Positions 44,974-55,500 of a stretch of DNA of 64,000 nt are shown here, in pieces. The position numbers and the translations under genes are program-made. Origin of the DNA: Kofleriaceae bacterium (GTDB lineage: Bacteria; Myxococcota_A; Polyangia; Haliangiales; Haliangiaceae); contig JBKJLC010000079.1 in assembly GCA_046597055.1 (NCBI GenBank), positions 1-64,000 of the forward strand, in the 5' to 3' direction. Numbering within the stretch: the stretch's first letter is position 1; every line of letters starts with the position of its first letter. The notes beneath the pieces were generated by a model. That model was not told the DNA's origin and did no database searches. It worked only from the letters and a program-made list of their open reading frames with translations.

Positions 44974-47199
44974 TCAGTCGTACGGGTCGCGGACGGTCAC
45001 CGTCCGGCCGGCGGCCTGGTCGCCGAGCAGCTCGCCCAGCAGCTCGTGGATCTCGGCGGTCTGGGTCGGGTCGATCACCTCGGGGGGATTGATCGCGACC
45101 AGCGGCGGGTACATCGGCGAGTAGTTGCGCTGCTCGATCCGCTTGCGAAGTGCGGCGTGGCCAGCGCGGTTCCAGACCACAAAGGCCGCGGTGCGACCGC
45201 CTGGGAGGTTGCCGCTCACGGGCCCGGTGAGCGCGGGCAGGGTCACGCTGCGCAGCAGGCCGAGCCCGCCGGGCGGGGCCGCGGTGCCGGCCATGGTCAT
45301 GTGACCGAGCCCGGCGGCGGCGGCAAGCATCTCGGTCGAGTCGTTGGGCACCCACACGTCGCCCCATGCCATGCCCATGACGAGGTTGGCCGGGGTGCCG
45401 CCGCGCAGGCTGCCATCGGTCAGTGCGGCGGCATAGGCGATCGAGTCGCCGCGCTCGACCACGCCGTTGAACAGCGAGACCAGCGGATCAAAGCGCGCGT
45501 CCTTCTGGGGGTCCCACAGGGTGACGCGCTCGTCGAGCGAGAACGGATTCACCAGCACCCCCAGGAAGACCCCGGAGAAGTTGGGGCTGTGCATCATCGC
45601 GGGGAAGGGCAGGCCGGCGGCGGCGCTGGTCATGTACGCGCTCGCGATGCGGGGCTCGACCGCGACCGCCGCGGTGCCGATCAGCCCGCCGAGCGACTCG
45701 GCGATCAGCGCGACGTCGTCGCGGAACGTGACCGAGGTGGGCACGCCGCCGCGCGCCGCCAGCACCGTGTTCAGCGGGGTCCAGTCGCCGTCGGCGATCA
45801 GCTCGACGAGCGACACCAGCTCGAGCGAGGCGGCCCGCAGGTTCTCGCCGGTCGCGCGCGGGTGGCCGGCCGCGATCCCGCCCGAGGTGCCGATCAGGTG
45901 GAACAGCTGGACCGGCGCCGACAGGCCGGGATGATCGCCGAACCCGTCGGGGGTCGGCGTGGTCTGGTCGCCGGTGCCCAGCAGCTCGTTGAGGATGTCG
46001 GTCGGCATGGCGGTGCGGTCGCCGTGGCGATTGAGGTCGATCGCGAGGACGGCGAAGCCCTGGCGCGCCGCCGTGTTGATCACGGCCAGCATGTCGAGCC
46101 GGGTCCGCCCGAGCCCGTGCACGTAGAGCGCGACCGGGACGTTGGTCCAGGGGTTGGCGCGGGGCAGGGCGAGCGTGAACCGGGCCGGGCGGGTGCCCTT
46201 GATGGTCGGGACGCCGCCGACGAACGACGGGAAGCCGTCGTCGGCCGCGGTCGCGCTGAGGAAGCTCGGCAGCTGCACCGTACCGTGCACGATCACCGCC
46301 ACGTGATTGTGGGGTTGCGCGCCAATGTTGTTGCTGTCGGTGCCCGGCACCGCGTCGGCGACGGCGTTGCCGACCAGGGTCTGCAGCCCGGTGGCGCCGG
46401 TCTCGGCCGGCCCGTAGATCGCGCTGATCGTGATGGTGGGCGTGGTCGCCGCGAGCACGGTGCGCATCGCCGCGGTGTCGGCGACGTCGGTCGCGGTCCG
46501 GAACACCGTCGCGCTGGCCAGCTCCGCGCGGGTGGCGGCGGGGAGCACGTCGAGCAGCGGGCGCAGGTGCTGCTGGGCCGCGGCGATCGCCGGATCGGTC
46601 GGGACCGTCGCGAGGTCGATCGCGGCCACGAAGGCTGGCGCCGGCGCGAGGGGGGTGGCGTCGGCCGCGGTCGCGGCCCGGGTGAGGATCGCGCCATAGC
46701 GGTGGCCGGGGCGCAGCACCACGCCGATCCGCGGCGCGATCACCACCGACGCGAGATCCTGGCGATACAGCACCTCGGCGGGCACCTCGACCAGCTGCTG
46801 TGCGGTCGACCGGTCGAGGTCATAGAGCTTGGCCGCGCCCGCGACGCTCGCGCCGGCCAGCGCGCCGTCGATCGGGAAGTAGACGTTCGCGCGCAGGCTG
46901 GCGCCGGTCATGCTCGCCAGGCCGTCCTGCAGCGCCGCGACCGCACCCGGCTCCGGGCCGGGGCCGGTCGGTACCGTGGTCAGCTTCAGGTGACCGGTGG
47001 CATCGAGGTACAGATCGGACGGGTAGGGCACGGCGCCCCAGTCGGCGCCCGCCATCGGCGCCGGCGGCACGAAGTGCGCGGTCGCGGCCGCGGTGGGCGG
47101 GCCGTCGTTGCGAGCGTCGATGGCGGGTCCGCTGCCGCCGCCTCCACCACAGGCAGCGCCAGCGAGCATGAGGCAACAGACGATCCGTGGCGAACGCAT
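44974..47199 (-). CDS. Lipoprotein with alpha/beta-hydrolase-like domain
   Basis: Lipobox-like GAAC; PYPSD, VHGL, AID...HG.R, AESLGG, D.WVPN. Confidence 0.7.
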   Translation of the reverse strand: MRSPRIVCCLMLAGAACGGGGGSGPAIDARNDGPPTAAATAHFVPPAPMAGADWGAVPYPSDLYLDATGHLKLTTVPTGPGPEPGAVAALQDGLASMTGASLRANVYFPIDGALAGASVAGAAKLYDLDRSTAQQLVEVPAEVLYRQDLASVVIAPRIGVVLRPGHRYGAILTRAATAADATPLAPAPAFVAAIDLATVPTDPAIAAAQQHLRPLLDVLPAATRAELASATVFRTATDVADTAAMRTVLAATTPTITISAIYGPAETGATGLQTLVGNAVADAVPGTDSNNIGAQPHNHVAVIVHGTVQLPSFLSATAADDGFPSFVGGVPTIKGTRPARFTLALPRANPWTNVPVALYVHGLGRTRLDMLAVINTAARQGFAVLAIDLNRHGDRTAMPTDILNELLGTGDQTTPTPDGFGDHPGLSAPVQLFHLIGTSGGIAAGHPRATGENLRAASLELVSLVELIADGDWTPLNTVLAARGGVPTSVTFRDDVALIAESLGGLIGTAAVAVEPRIASAYMTSAAAGLPFPAMMHSPNFSGVFLGVLVNPFSLDERVTLWDPQKDARFDPLVSLFNGVVERGDSIAYAAALTDGSLRGGTPANLVMGMAWGDVWVPNDSTEMLAAAAGLGHMTMAGTAAPPGGLGLLRSVTLPALTGPVSGNLPGGRTAAFVVWNRAGHAALRKRIEQRNYSPMYPPLVAINPPEVIDPTQTAEIHELLGELLGDQAAGRTVTVRDPYD

Positions 47200-47432
47200 C
47201 CCTTCATGATACCGGAGCGGCCGCGCGCCCGGGGACCAATCCCCGTGGACCGTGACGGTCGCCGCATCAGCGCCGTGCTCAGGGGCGGCGATTCTTGGTA
47301 TCCCCCGGCTCGCCCCGGCGGACCGTCCGGAGGTGCCGACGTCGGGGGCACTCACCCGATGGGACCCCGCTGGTCGGCGCTTTTCGTGCGCGTCCATCGC
47401 TGGGTTCGGGCGTCCCCGGTAGCATCGGGCGA

Positions 47433-48683
47433 ATGGTCGTCATCGCGCTGCTCGCGCTCGCCGCCACGCTGGCGATTGCGCTTGGCTGGCGCGTGCGCTG
47501 GGCGCCCGCCGCGGGCGCGGTCGCGGGGGTCGCGATCCTGGCGGCCGGCGGGCTGGTCACGGTGGACGACCTCGTCGGCGGGCTGGGTGCGCTGTGGCGC
47601 CCGCTGGTGACGATCTCGTCGATCATGCTGATGACGACCTGCGCGCATCGGATGGGGCTGCTCGACCGGCTCGCCGCGGTGATCGAGCCGCGGACGCGCG
47701 GCCCGGTGCGCCACGCCTTCCGGATCGTCTTCGGGTTGTCGGCGGTGTCTGCCGCGGTGCTCTCGAACGACGGGGCCATTCTGGTCCTGACCCCGACCGT
47801 GGTCGTGCTGCTCCGCCACGTGTACCCGCGGCGCCACCCGAAGTTCGTCGTCCCGTTCGCGTTCGCGGTGTTCTGTGCCGCGGGCGTCGCGCCGCTCGTG
47901 ACGTCGAATCCGATGAACCTCGTCATCGCCGATCGCGCCGGGATCGGCTTCAACGCCTACGCGGTGCGGATGATCCCGGTCGCGCTGGTCGGGTGGCTCA
48001 CGACCTACCTCGCGCTCGCGTGGGTGTTCCGCGCCGACCTCGCCGACGAGGCGCCGGCGCTCGGGATGTGGGAGGCCGGCGAGCCGCTGTCGCGCCTCGC
48101 GTGGGTCGTGCTCGCCGCGCTGGCCGCGGTCCTGTGCGCGTACCCGATCGTCTCGTACTTCGAGGGCCCGCTGTGGGGCGTCGCGCTCGGCGGCGCGATC
48201 GCTTGCACGGCGGCGACGCTCGCGAGCGGCGTCCGGGCCCGCGAGCTCGCCAGCGGTCCGTCGTGGGAGATCCTGCCGTTCCTCGCCGCGGTGCTGATGA
48301 TCGCCGTCGGGCTCGAGCGGGTCGGGGTCGTCGACGCGCTCGCCGACCTCTACCAGGCGACCCCGGTGCCGATCGTGGTGGTTGGCGTGGTCGCCGCGGT
48401 CGGCTCGGCGCTGATCGACAACCACCCCATGGGCGTGCTGGGCTCTCTCGCGATCGCGCGCGCGGGTGGCGACCACGTGCTCGTCCTGGCCGCCCTGGTC
48501 GGTGGCGATCTCGGCCCGCGCCTGTCCCCGATCGGCTCCCTGGCCGGGCTGCTGTGGCTCGGCGCGCTGCGGCGGCAGGGCGTGACGATCGGCGTGGGGG
48601 AGTTCATTCGGGTGGGCGCGCTGGTCACGATCCCGACCCTGGCGACGACGCTGGCAGCCCTGTGGCTGGTCACGCGGTTCTGA
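47433..48683 (+). CDS. ArsB/NhaD family membrane transporter
   Basis: SNDGAIL.LTP, SNPMNL, DNHP, GSLAGLLW; many TM helices. Confidence 0.88.
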   Translation: MVVIALLALAATLAIALGWRVRWAPAAGAVAGVAILAAGGLVTVDDLVGGLGALWRPLVTISSIMLMTTCAHRMGLLDRLAAVIEPRTRGPVRHAFRIVFGLSAVSAAVLSNDGAILVLTPTVVVLLRHVYPRRHPKFVVPFAFAVFCAAGVAPLVTSNPMNLVIADRAGIGFNAYAVRMIPVALVGWLTTYLALAWVFRADLADEAPALGMWEAGEPLSRLAWVVLAALAAVLCAYPIVSYFEGPLWGVALGGAIACTAATLASGVRARELASGPSWEILPFLAAVLMIAVGLERVGVVDALADLYQATPVPIVVVGVVAAVGSALIDNHPMGVLGSLAIARAGGDHVLVLAALVGGDLGPRLSPIGSLAGLLWLGALRRQGVTIGVGEFIRVGALVTIPTLATTLAALWLVTRF

Positions 48684-48699
48684 TCGCGCTGAGGCGTGC

Positions 48700-49212
48700 T
48701 CACGCGTGGCTAGAGCCGTCATCGCCGACCGCCGCGGCGACCAGCTCCGCCTGGTAGTCGACCAGCGCGCGTGCGTACGGTCCGAAGCCGTCGGGGCCCG
48801 CCGCGGCGAGCGCGGCCTCGAGCATGGTCGCCAGCGCCAGGGTCGGGTGGCCGGCGCTGTGGAGCGCCAGCGCGAGGAACGCGCGCAGCGGCGCGTGGTC
48901 GGGATAGTCGAGCGTCGCCTCGGCGAGGCGGGCCACGGCGTCGTCGGCGCGCCCGACGTTGCGCAAGGTCGAGCCGAGTCCGACCAGGAAGCCGGGCCGC
49001 TCGTCGGCCGGCACGCCCAGCTCCCACGCGCGCTCGTAGTAAACGATGGCGTCCCGCTCGAGGCCGAGCCGATCGCACGCGAAGGCGGCCGCCATCTGGG
49101 CGCGCACGTCGTGCGGACCCGCGCGCGCGAGGTCGGTGGCGTGGACGTGGGCCCCGGCATGGTCGCCCGCGGCCTGGAGCGCGGCGATGGTGGCGAGCTC
49201 GGCGTCGATCAT
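48700..49212 (-). CDS. Tetratricopeptide-repeat protein
   Basis: D.LG.E..A..YYE, GLGSTLRNVG, FLALAL. Confidence 0.85.
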   Translation of the reverse strand: MIDAELATIAALQAAGDHAGAHVHATDLARAGPHDVRAQMAAAFACDRLGLERDAIVYYERAWELGVPADERPGFLVGLGSTLRNVGRADDAVARLAEATLDYPDHAPLRAFLALALHSAGHPTLALATMLEAALAAAGPDGFGPYARALVDYQAELVAAAVGDDGSSHA

Positions 49213-49249
49213 GGCGTGAGCCTACCGCCGGTGCGGCCGGGTGTACCCC

Positions 49250-49870
49250 CTACTTGCGCTTCTGAGCGGCGCGAGTCCGCGCGGCCCTGGGCGCGGCGGC
49301 GGGGGCAGGCTTCCGCGCGGGCGCGGCGGCCGGCTTGCGCGCGGCGGCAGCGGGTGCGGCGGCCGGCTTGCGCGCGACCGCAGCGGGTGCCGGCTTGCGT
49401 GCAGCGGGTGCCGGCTGCTTCGCCAGCGCGGCGATCACGTTCCATTGCTGCGCGGTCACCGGCTGCACGCTGAGCCGGCTGCCCTTCTGCAGCAGCACCA
49501 TCCCGTCGAGCGCCGGGGTCGCGCGCAGCTCGTCGAGCGTGACCATCCTGGGCAGCTTCGCGACCAGCTCGACATCGACGCAGGTCCACCGCGGGTCCTC
49601 GCGGCGGCTGCCCGGATCGTGGTACCGGCTCGACGGCTCGAACTGGGTCTCGTCGACCACGCCCGTGCGCGCGATCCGCGCGATCCCGACCACGCCCGGC
49701 GGCGCCACGCTCGAGTGATAGAAGAACGCGAGGTCGTCGACCTGCATCGCGCGCATGTGGTTGCGCGCCTGGTAGCTGCGCACGCCGCTCCACGGCTCGG
49801 TCCCGACCCGCACGAGGTCGTCGATCCCGAACCCGTCGGGCTCGCTCTTCATCAACCAGTAGGCGGGCAT
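49250..49870 (-). CDS. EVE domain protein with basic Ala/Pro-rich tail
   Basis: YWLMKSEP, W.GVRSYQARN, FFYHS, RLSVQPV; tail of RKPAAA repeats. Confidence 0.93.
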   Translation of the reverse strand: MPAYWLMKSEPDGFGIDDLVRVGTEPWSGVRSYQARNHMRAMQVDDLAFFYHSSVAPPGVVGIARIARTGVVDETQFEPSSRYHDPGSRREDPRWTCVDVELVAKLPRMVTLDELRATPALDGMVLLQKGSRLSVQPVTAQQWNVIAALAKQPAPAARKPAPAAVARKPAAAPAAAARKPAAAPARKPAPAAAPRAARTRAAQKRK

Positions 49871-49923
49871 GCGCGGACGCTACCGCACGGCTCGCGGCGC
49901 GTGGTAGCTGGAGGCGTGATCGA

Positions 49924-50868
49924 TCACGGCGGCGCCGTGCCGACCACCTGACCCGGCGCCAGCGCGCGGATCTCGAAGTCGCGCGAGATCCGCGCGATCT
50001 CGTCGGGAAAGCCGGCCAGGTTCACGTTGAGCGAGAACGTCATCGGCGCGGCCAGCGGCTGGAAGAAGTCGTCGAAGTGGTGCGGCACGATCACGCGCGG
50101 CTCGATCCGCCTCAGCAGCCGCGACCAGTAGCGCGCGGTGAACCGCCGGCCCGAGATCCCGCACAGCAGGTAGTCGACCTGGCGGTGGCGGATCGCGTCC
50201 TCGTCGAGGTCGCACGAGCCCTGGTGGTAGAAGGTCGCCCCGGCCACCTCGACGTGGATCGCCCAGATCTCGCCGCACCGGTAGCGCTGCGGGATCAGCT
50301 CGTCGGTGTGCTCGCAGGTCAGCTCGCCGGCGTACGGCGTCCACAGCCCGCCGGCGAGCTTCGAGTGCTTGCTCGGCACGAAGGTCAGCGTGAACGGCCG
50401 GTACCGGTAGGGCCGGTGCGGCTCGACCTCGACCGCGAGGTCGCCGTGGCCGTGGGCCCGCATCAGGTTCGCGAGCGAGCGTCCGCCCAGCGCGGGGCAG
50501 CCGGCGCGGGCGGCCAGGGCGGGGACGTCGAGCGCGTGATCGAAGTGGGTGTGCCCGACCGCGATCACGACCGGGTCGGGCACCGCGGCCAGCCGCGCGA
50601 GATCCGCCGACACCAGCCGGCGGCGCACCAGGTCGGTGAACGACAGTCGGGTGAGGTAGGGATCGATCAGCAGGTGTTGGCCGCGGTAGCTCAGCCGGAA
50701 GCCGGCGGTGCCGAGCCAGGCCAGCTCGAGGCCCGGCGGCAGATCACCGGCGCGGGCCGAGCGCTCCCAGGCCAGGTCGCGATGGGTCGCATGGTCGCCG
50801 CTGCTGCGCGCGTCCTTGCGGGCGCGCCAGGCCAGGAGCGACGCGAGGTGACCGATGGGCCCGAGCAC
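49924..50868 (-). CDS. MBL-fold metallo-hydrolase
   Basis: WLGTAGF, LIDPY, HTHFDH, PHHFD. Confidence 0.88.
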   Translation of the reverse strand: MLGPIGHLASLLAWRARKDARSSGDHATHRDLAWERSARAGDLPPGLELAWLGTAGFRLSYRGQHLLIDPYLTRLSFTDLVRRRLVSADLARLAAVPDPVVIAVGHTHFDHALDVPALAARAGCPALGGRSLANLMRAHGHGDLAVEVEPHRPYRYRPFTLTFVPSKHSKLAGGLWTPYAGELTCEHTDELIPQRYRCGEIWAIHVEVAGATFYHQGSCDLDEDAIRHRQVDYLLCGISGRRFTARYWSRLLRRIEPRVIVPHHFDDFFQPLAAPMTFSLNVNLAGFPDEIARISRDFEIRALAPGQVVGTAPP

Positions 50869-50973
50869 GCACGCAGCCTACCGCCGAAATCCCGGGGCCG
50901 GCGGGGATGCCGTCTCGAGCCGCGGTGGTAGGGTTGGCGCCTTCGCAACGATCACGATTCAGAGGAGACGATC

Positions 50974-51567
50974 ATGGCTTTCACCCTCCCCGAGCTGCCG
51001 TGGGCCAAGGACGCGCTGGCGCCCGTGGTCTCTGCCGAGACCATCGACTACCACTACGGCAAGCACCATCAGGCCTACGTCACGAACCTCAACAAGCTCG
51101 TGCCCGGCACGAAGTACGAGTCGATGTCGCTCGAAGAGGTCGTGAAGGCCAGCCACGGCCAGGCCTCCGAGAAGCCCGTCTTCAACAACTCCGCGCAGGT
51201 GTGGAACCACACCTTCTACTGGCACTCGCTGGCGCCCAACGCGGGCGGTGACCCGACCGGCCCGATCGCCGCCGCGATCGACAAGGCGTTCGGCAACTTC
51301 GCGAGCTTCAAGGAGAAGTTCTCGACCGCGGCCGCCACCCAGTTCGGCTCGGGCTGGGCCTGGCTGGTGAAGAACGCCGACGGCACCGTCGGCATCGAGC
51401 AGAGCGCCAACGCCGAGACCCCGTTCGCGACCGGCAAGACCTGCCTGCTCACGATCGACGTCTGGGAGCACGCCTACTACATCGACTACCGGAACGCGCG
51501 CCCCAAGTACATCGAGGAGTACTGGAAGCTCGTGAACTGGGACTTCGCGAACAAGAACCTCGGCTGA
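50974..51567 (+). CDS. sodB: Superoxide dismutase [Fe]
   Basis: HYGKHH, FNNSAQVWNH, QFGSGW, DVWEHAYY; GAGGAG RBS. Confidence 0.95.
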   Translation: MAFTLPELPWAKDALAPVVSAETIDYHYGKHHQAYVTNLNKLVPGTKYESMSLEEVVKASHGQASEKPVFNNSAQVWNHTFYWHSLAPNAGGDPTGPIAAAIDKAFGNFASFKEKFSTAAATQFGSGWAWLVKNADGTVGIEQSANAETPFATGKTCLLTIDVWEHAYYIDYRNARPKYIEEYWKLVNWDFANKNLG

Positions 51568-51754
51568 TCGCCGCGGTCGCGCGACCGGTCGAACACCGCG
51601 CGAGCATCGCCGGGGTGAGCGCGCCGCGCGGGCCCGGCTGCACACGGCGACCGCGAGAGCGGTGGTCGCCGACAGCGTCGTCATCTCGTCGTCGCACAGC
51701 GCGCCCTCGGGACACTGCCAGTCGCCGATGCACGCGATGGTGATGCCGCTCGTG

Positions 51755-52219
51755 ATCGCCTGGCGCTATCCCAATGCGCGCGCGATCTTCATCACCGCCG
51801 ACGCTGGCGGCAGCAACAGCTATCGCTCGCACGTGTGGAAGGAGCAGCTCCAGCAGCTCCAGCAGCTCGCAGACAAGCTCGGCCTCGCGGTCCACGTCAG
51901 CCACTTCCCTCCCGGCACCAGCAAGTGGAACAAGATCGAGCACCGCCTGTTCTCGTTCATCTCGATCAACTGGCGCGGTCGACCCCTGCGGACCTACGAG
52001 ACCGCCATCAACCTTATCGGCAACACGACCAACCGCAGCGGCCTCGTCGTCCGTGCACGCCTCGATCGTCGCCGTTATCCGATCGGCAGGAAGGTCGCCG
52101 CCAAGGACCGCCGCGCGTGGAAAATCGAGCGAGCTGACTTCCATGGCGACTGGAACTACGTCATCCAACCGCGCGACGAGATGCGGTGATCGACCGAGTT
52201 ACCCATTCGAGGGCCCTAA
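51755..52219 (+). pseudogene. 5'-truncated ISAzo13-family transposase with putative element end
   Basis: YP.A..I.ITADAGGSN, HFPPGTSKWNKIEHRLFSFISINWRGRPL, FHGDWNY; N-terminal part absent; ...GGGCCCTAA after the stop may be the terminal IR. Confidence 0.85.
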
Positions 52220-52247
52220 CTGTGCGCGCCAGTCACCACAGATTTCT

Positions 52248-52571
52248 TCACACGATCGTTGACCGAGCAGCGGTGACGCAACCAACTGCGATGACCCTGT
52301 ATCCGTCGAGCAACTCGATCAGGCTGCCCTGGCCGAGCCACTCCGTGGGTACCGGATCTTCCGAGATCAATCGAAGAGTGGCCATGCCCCGGTTCGTCGC
52401 TTGGTCGAACGCGATGCTCGTACATTCGACATCTCGGGCGCGCTCCAGGTGCTCGCGAAGATACCGTTGCCACCGAACCGTTGGCCGCATTCCGAGATAG
52501 GGCTCAGAGCGGAGGCCTCCCAGTTCGCACGGAATCCAGAGGAACTCGACCTCGACTACTATGGGGCTCAC
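52248..52571 (-). CDS. Putative Rhs immunity protein resembling EF-Tu domain III
   Basis: GTG start overlaps the Rhs TGA; 107 aa; GG..SEPY.GMRP and G..IEL.DG.RVIAVG.V. Confidence 0.7.
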   Translation of the reverse strand: MSPIVVEVEFLWIPCELGGLRSEPYLGMRPTVRWQRYLREHLERARDVECTSIAFDQATNRGMATLRLISEDPVPTEWLGQGSLIELLDGYRVIAVGCVTAARSTIV

Positions 52572-55500
52572 TTCGGCACCGGGGTGATCAGCGGAAGGTC
52601 GCTGCACTCGACGCAAAATCCGGGCCCGGTACCGTCAATGTTCGGGTGCCGATAGCTGCGCTCATACACAGACCTTGGCACACGGCCCTCCACGACGTCG
52701 TCGAGGCCGGGCATGTTCTTCCGGAACCACTCAGCGCCCTGACGTGATTCGGAGAACCACTTGCTTTCCATAGATCGTCCCGCGGGATCGGGTCGGAAGC
52801 CGTACCTGGCGATGTCGTCGTCCTCGGCTCTCGACACGGCGCGCCAGCCCGTCACCGCGTCATCGGCGCCCCCGGCCGCCGGTGTGGGCAGAGACGCTCC
52901 TGGCGCGCCAGGCGGCGGACGCTGTCCCCCGGCTCCATTGGGTAGGCGAAGGCCTGCATCATCGATCCATCGACTGCCGGAGCCGGGCGCAGCAAGCCTG
53001 CCGATCCGGCCTCCGATGTGTCCTCCGATCACTTTGCCTACTCCGACACCGAGCCTCGCAACGAGGCCGCCCGTGCCGAAGCTCAGCACGAGCTCGGCGA
53101 TCAGCGGCGGCGGCTCGAGCCCGCGCTCGGGCAAAAGGACGTTGCCCATGTGCTGCCCGTTGCGGTCAAACAGGGCGAAGCGGGGACTCCCCGAGGTGCC
53201 CTCTCTGCGCTCGTAGCCGACCAGATCGTAGGTGGTCACGCGCGGGGAGAGTGGACTCCCGGTCTCGAACTCGCGTGCCACGCCGAGGGCCGTGATGCTG
53301 CCCCACCCGCCGCCCCGCCCGCTAGTGACGAACTCCCGCTCCCATGCGCTCGTTCCGAAGTCGCTGATGCCGGCAAGCCACTCGGCCGCCGCCGGGCTCG
53401 GAATACCGATTTGGATGCCGACAGCCTGGCTGCCCAGACCCATCGGGTCACGGAAGGCAAGGGGCGCACTGCCGACGAAGGCGAAGAGGCTGGGGCCGCC
53501 GGCGAGGCCGATGGGGTCGGGGGAGAGGAAGCGGCCCAGGGCGGGGCGGTAGGTGCGAGCGCGCATGTCGACCAGGCCGAGCGCCAGGTCGTGGGGCAGG
53601 CCGTGGTAGCCGAAGGGGCTCGGCATCGCGGACGCGGGCACCTCGTTCATCTGGCCGTCGCGCAGCGTGACGTCGCCGTAGGCGCTGTAGCGCAGATGAC
53701 GGACGGGGAGGCCCTCGCGATCGGTCAGGAGGTAGACCGAGCCTTGTCGATCTTGGTGGTGATAGAGGCGGGCGCCGAGCTTGTCGAGGGTGACCACCGG
53801 CTGGTCGAGTCCCTCGGCGGCGATGACGGTCTCCAGGAAGCCGGTGGGGCGCCCGATGAAGACGAGCTGGACGCCGTCCCAGCCGTAGCGGGTCACGGCG
53901 CCGGTGGTGGGGTTGGTTTCGGTCACGACGCGGCCGAGAGCGTCGCGCTGGTAGCGGCGGCCCTCGCCGCCGGCGGCCGTCGGTTTGACCGAGGCGAGAT
54001 AGCCGAGCGCGTCGTAGCTGTACGCGGCGGTGTCGTCGGCGACCAGCGCGCCGCGCGCGTCTCGGCCGGTCGCGGTGGCGCCGATCGCGGTGACCGCGTC
54101 GCGCGCATCGCGGGTGTAGCTCGTGGCCTGCGCCGCCACGGTGCGGGACGTCCAGTTGTTGCGGCCGTCGAACGCCCACTGGGTGCGACCGGCGTCGGTC
54201 GCGGCCAGGGCGGTTGCGGTGGCGGCGGCCGACCCGTCGAACGCGCCGAGCTGGAACGTCGCGGTGACGCCGGTCTGCTCGGCGGCGAGCCGCCCCAGCG
54301 GGTCGATGCCGTAGACCGTGACCGCCGGCTCGGCGGTGATGCCGCGCTGGTCCCGCAGGCGGCGCGGGACGCCATCGAGCGGCAGCTCCCACTCGAGTGA
54401 GGCGAGGAGCGCGCCGGTCTGGGTGTGGCGATCGGTCACGCCGGTGAGCCGCGAGAGCGCGTCGTAGTCGTAACCGGTGACCACGCCGTTCGCGAGCCGG
54501 CGATTCCGCGGGCCGCCCAGGCCGCCGTACTCCCACATCGCCGTGGGGACACTCTCTGCGCCGATCGTGAGCTGCTGCTGCCGGCCGAGCGCGTCGAACC
54601 TGCGCGTGACGGTGGCCTCGCCGCCGTAGATCGAGCGCACCCGCTGGCCCAGGCCGTCGAAGGCGTGGCGGCGCGCGTTGGTGGTGCCGAGGATGTCGTC
54701 GGACTCCTCGGCGAGATTGCCCAGCGAGTCCCACCCGAACGTGCTGGTGACGGTGGCGCCGGCGGCGCCGCCGTCCTGGCGGGTCGCGCGCCGCATGCGG
54801 CCGAGCGTGTCGTACCCGTAGCTGAGCACCACGCGCGCGCTGGCCTCGGGCGGCACCAGCTCGGCGCGCTCGAGCTCGCCGCCGATGGCCCACGTGAACG
54901 CAGTGCGCACACCGCGCGGATCCAGCCGGGTCTCGGGCAGGTCGGTCACGCCGAGGTACGCGGTCGCGGTGATCGCGCCGACCGGGTCGACCTCGCGCTC
55001 GAGGCGACCCAATGCGTCGTACCCGTAGCCCCAGCTCGACGGCAGGCTGTCGGCGCCGGCGAGGCTGGTGCGGGCCACCGGCCGGTCATCGCCGTCGTAG
55101 CCGACCTTGACCTGCTCCTGCATGCCAGCGTCGGGCAGCGTCGTGAAGGTCGTCTCGCTTCGATCGAACGCGTCATAGGTCATCCTCGTGACGACCCCGC
55201 TCGCATCCGTCCGGCCCCCGACCCGGAACGGGTCGTCATAGGCGAGGGCCTCGAGCACGCGGAGCTCGGTGCCCCGCTCGACCGCACGCTTGCCGACCGC
55301 GCCGGTCGCGGTGAGGTTGGTGACCTCGTCGATCACGCCCCCGATGCCCGGCCGCCGGGTACGCACGGTGCGCCCGCCGTTGTCGTAGCGGGTCGTGAGG
55401 GTGGTGCCGTCTGGCAGCCGCACCTCGCTCGGACGCCCGGCGCCGTCGTAGCTCGCGCGGGTCGTCTGGCCCCGGTCGTCGGTCACGCTGACCGTGCGCG

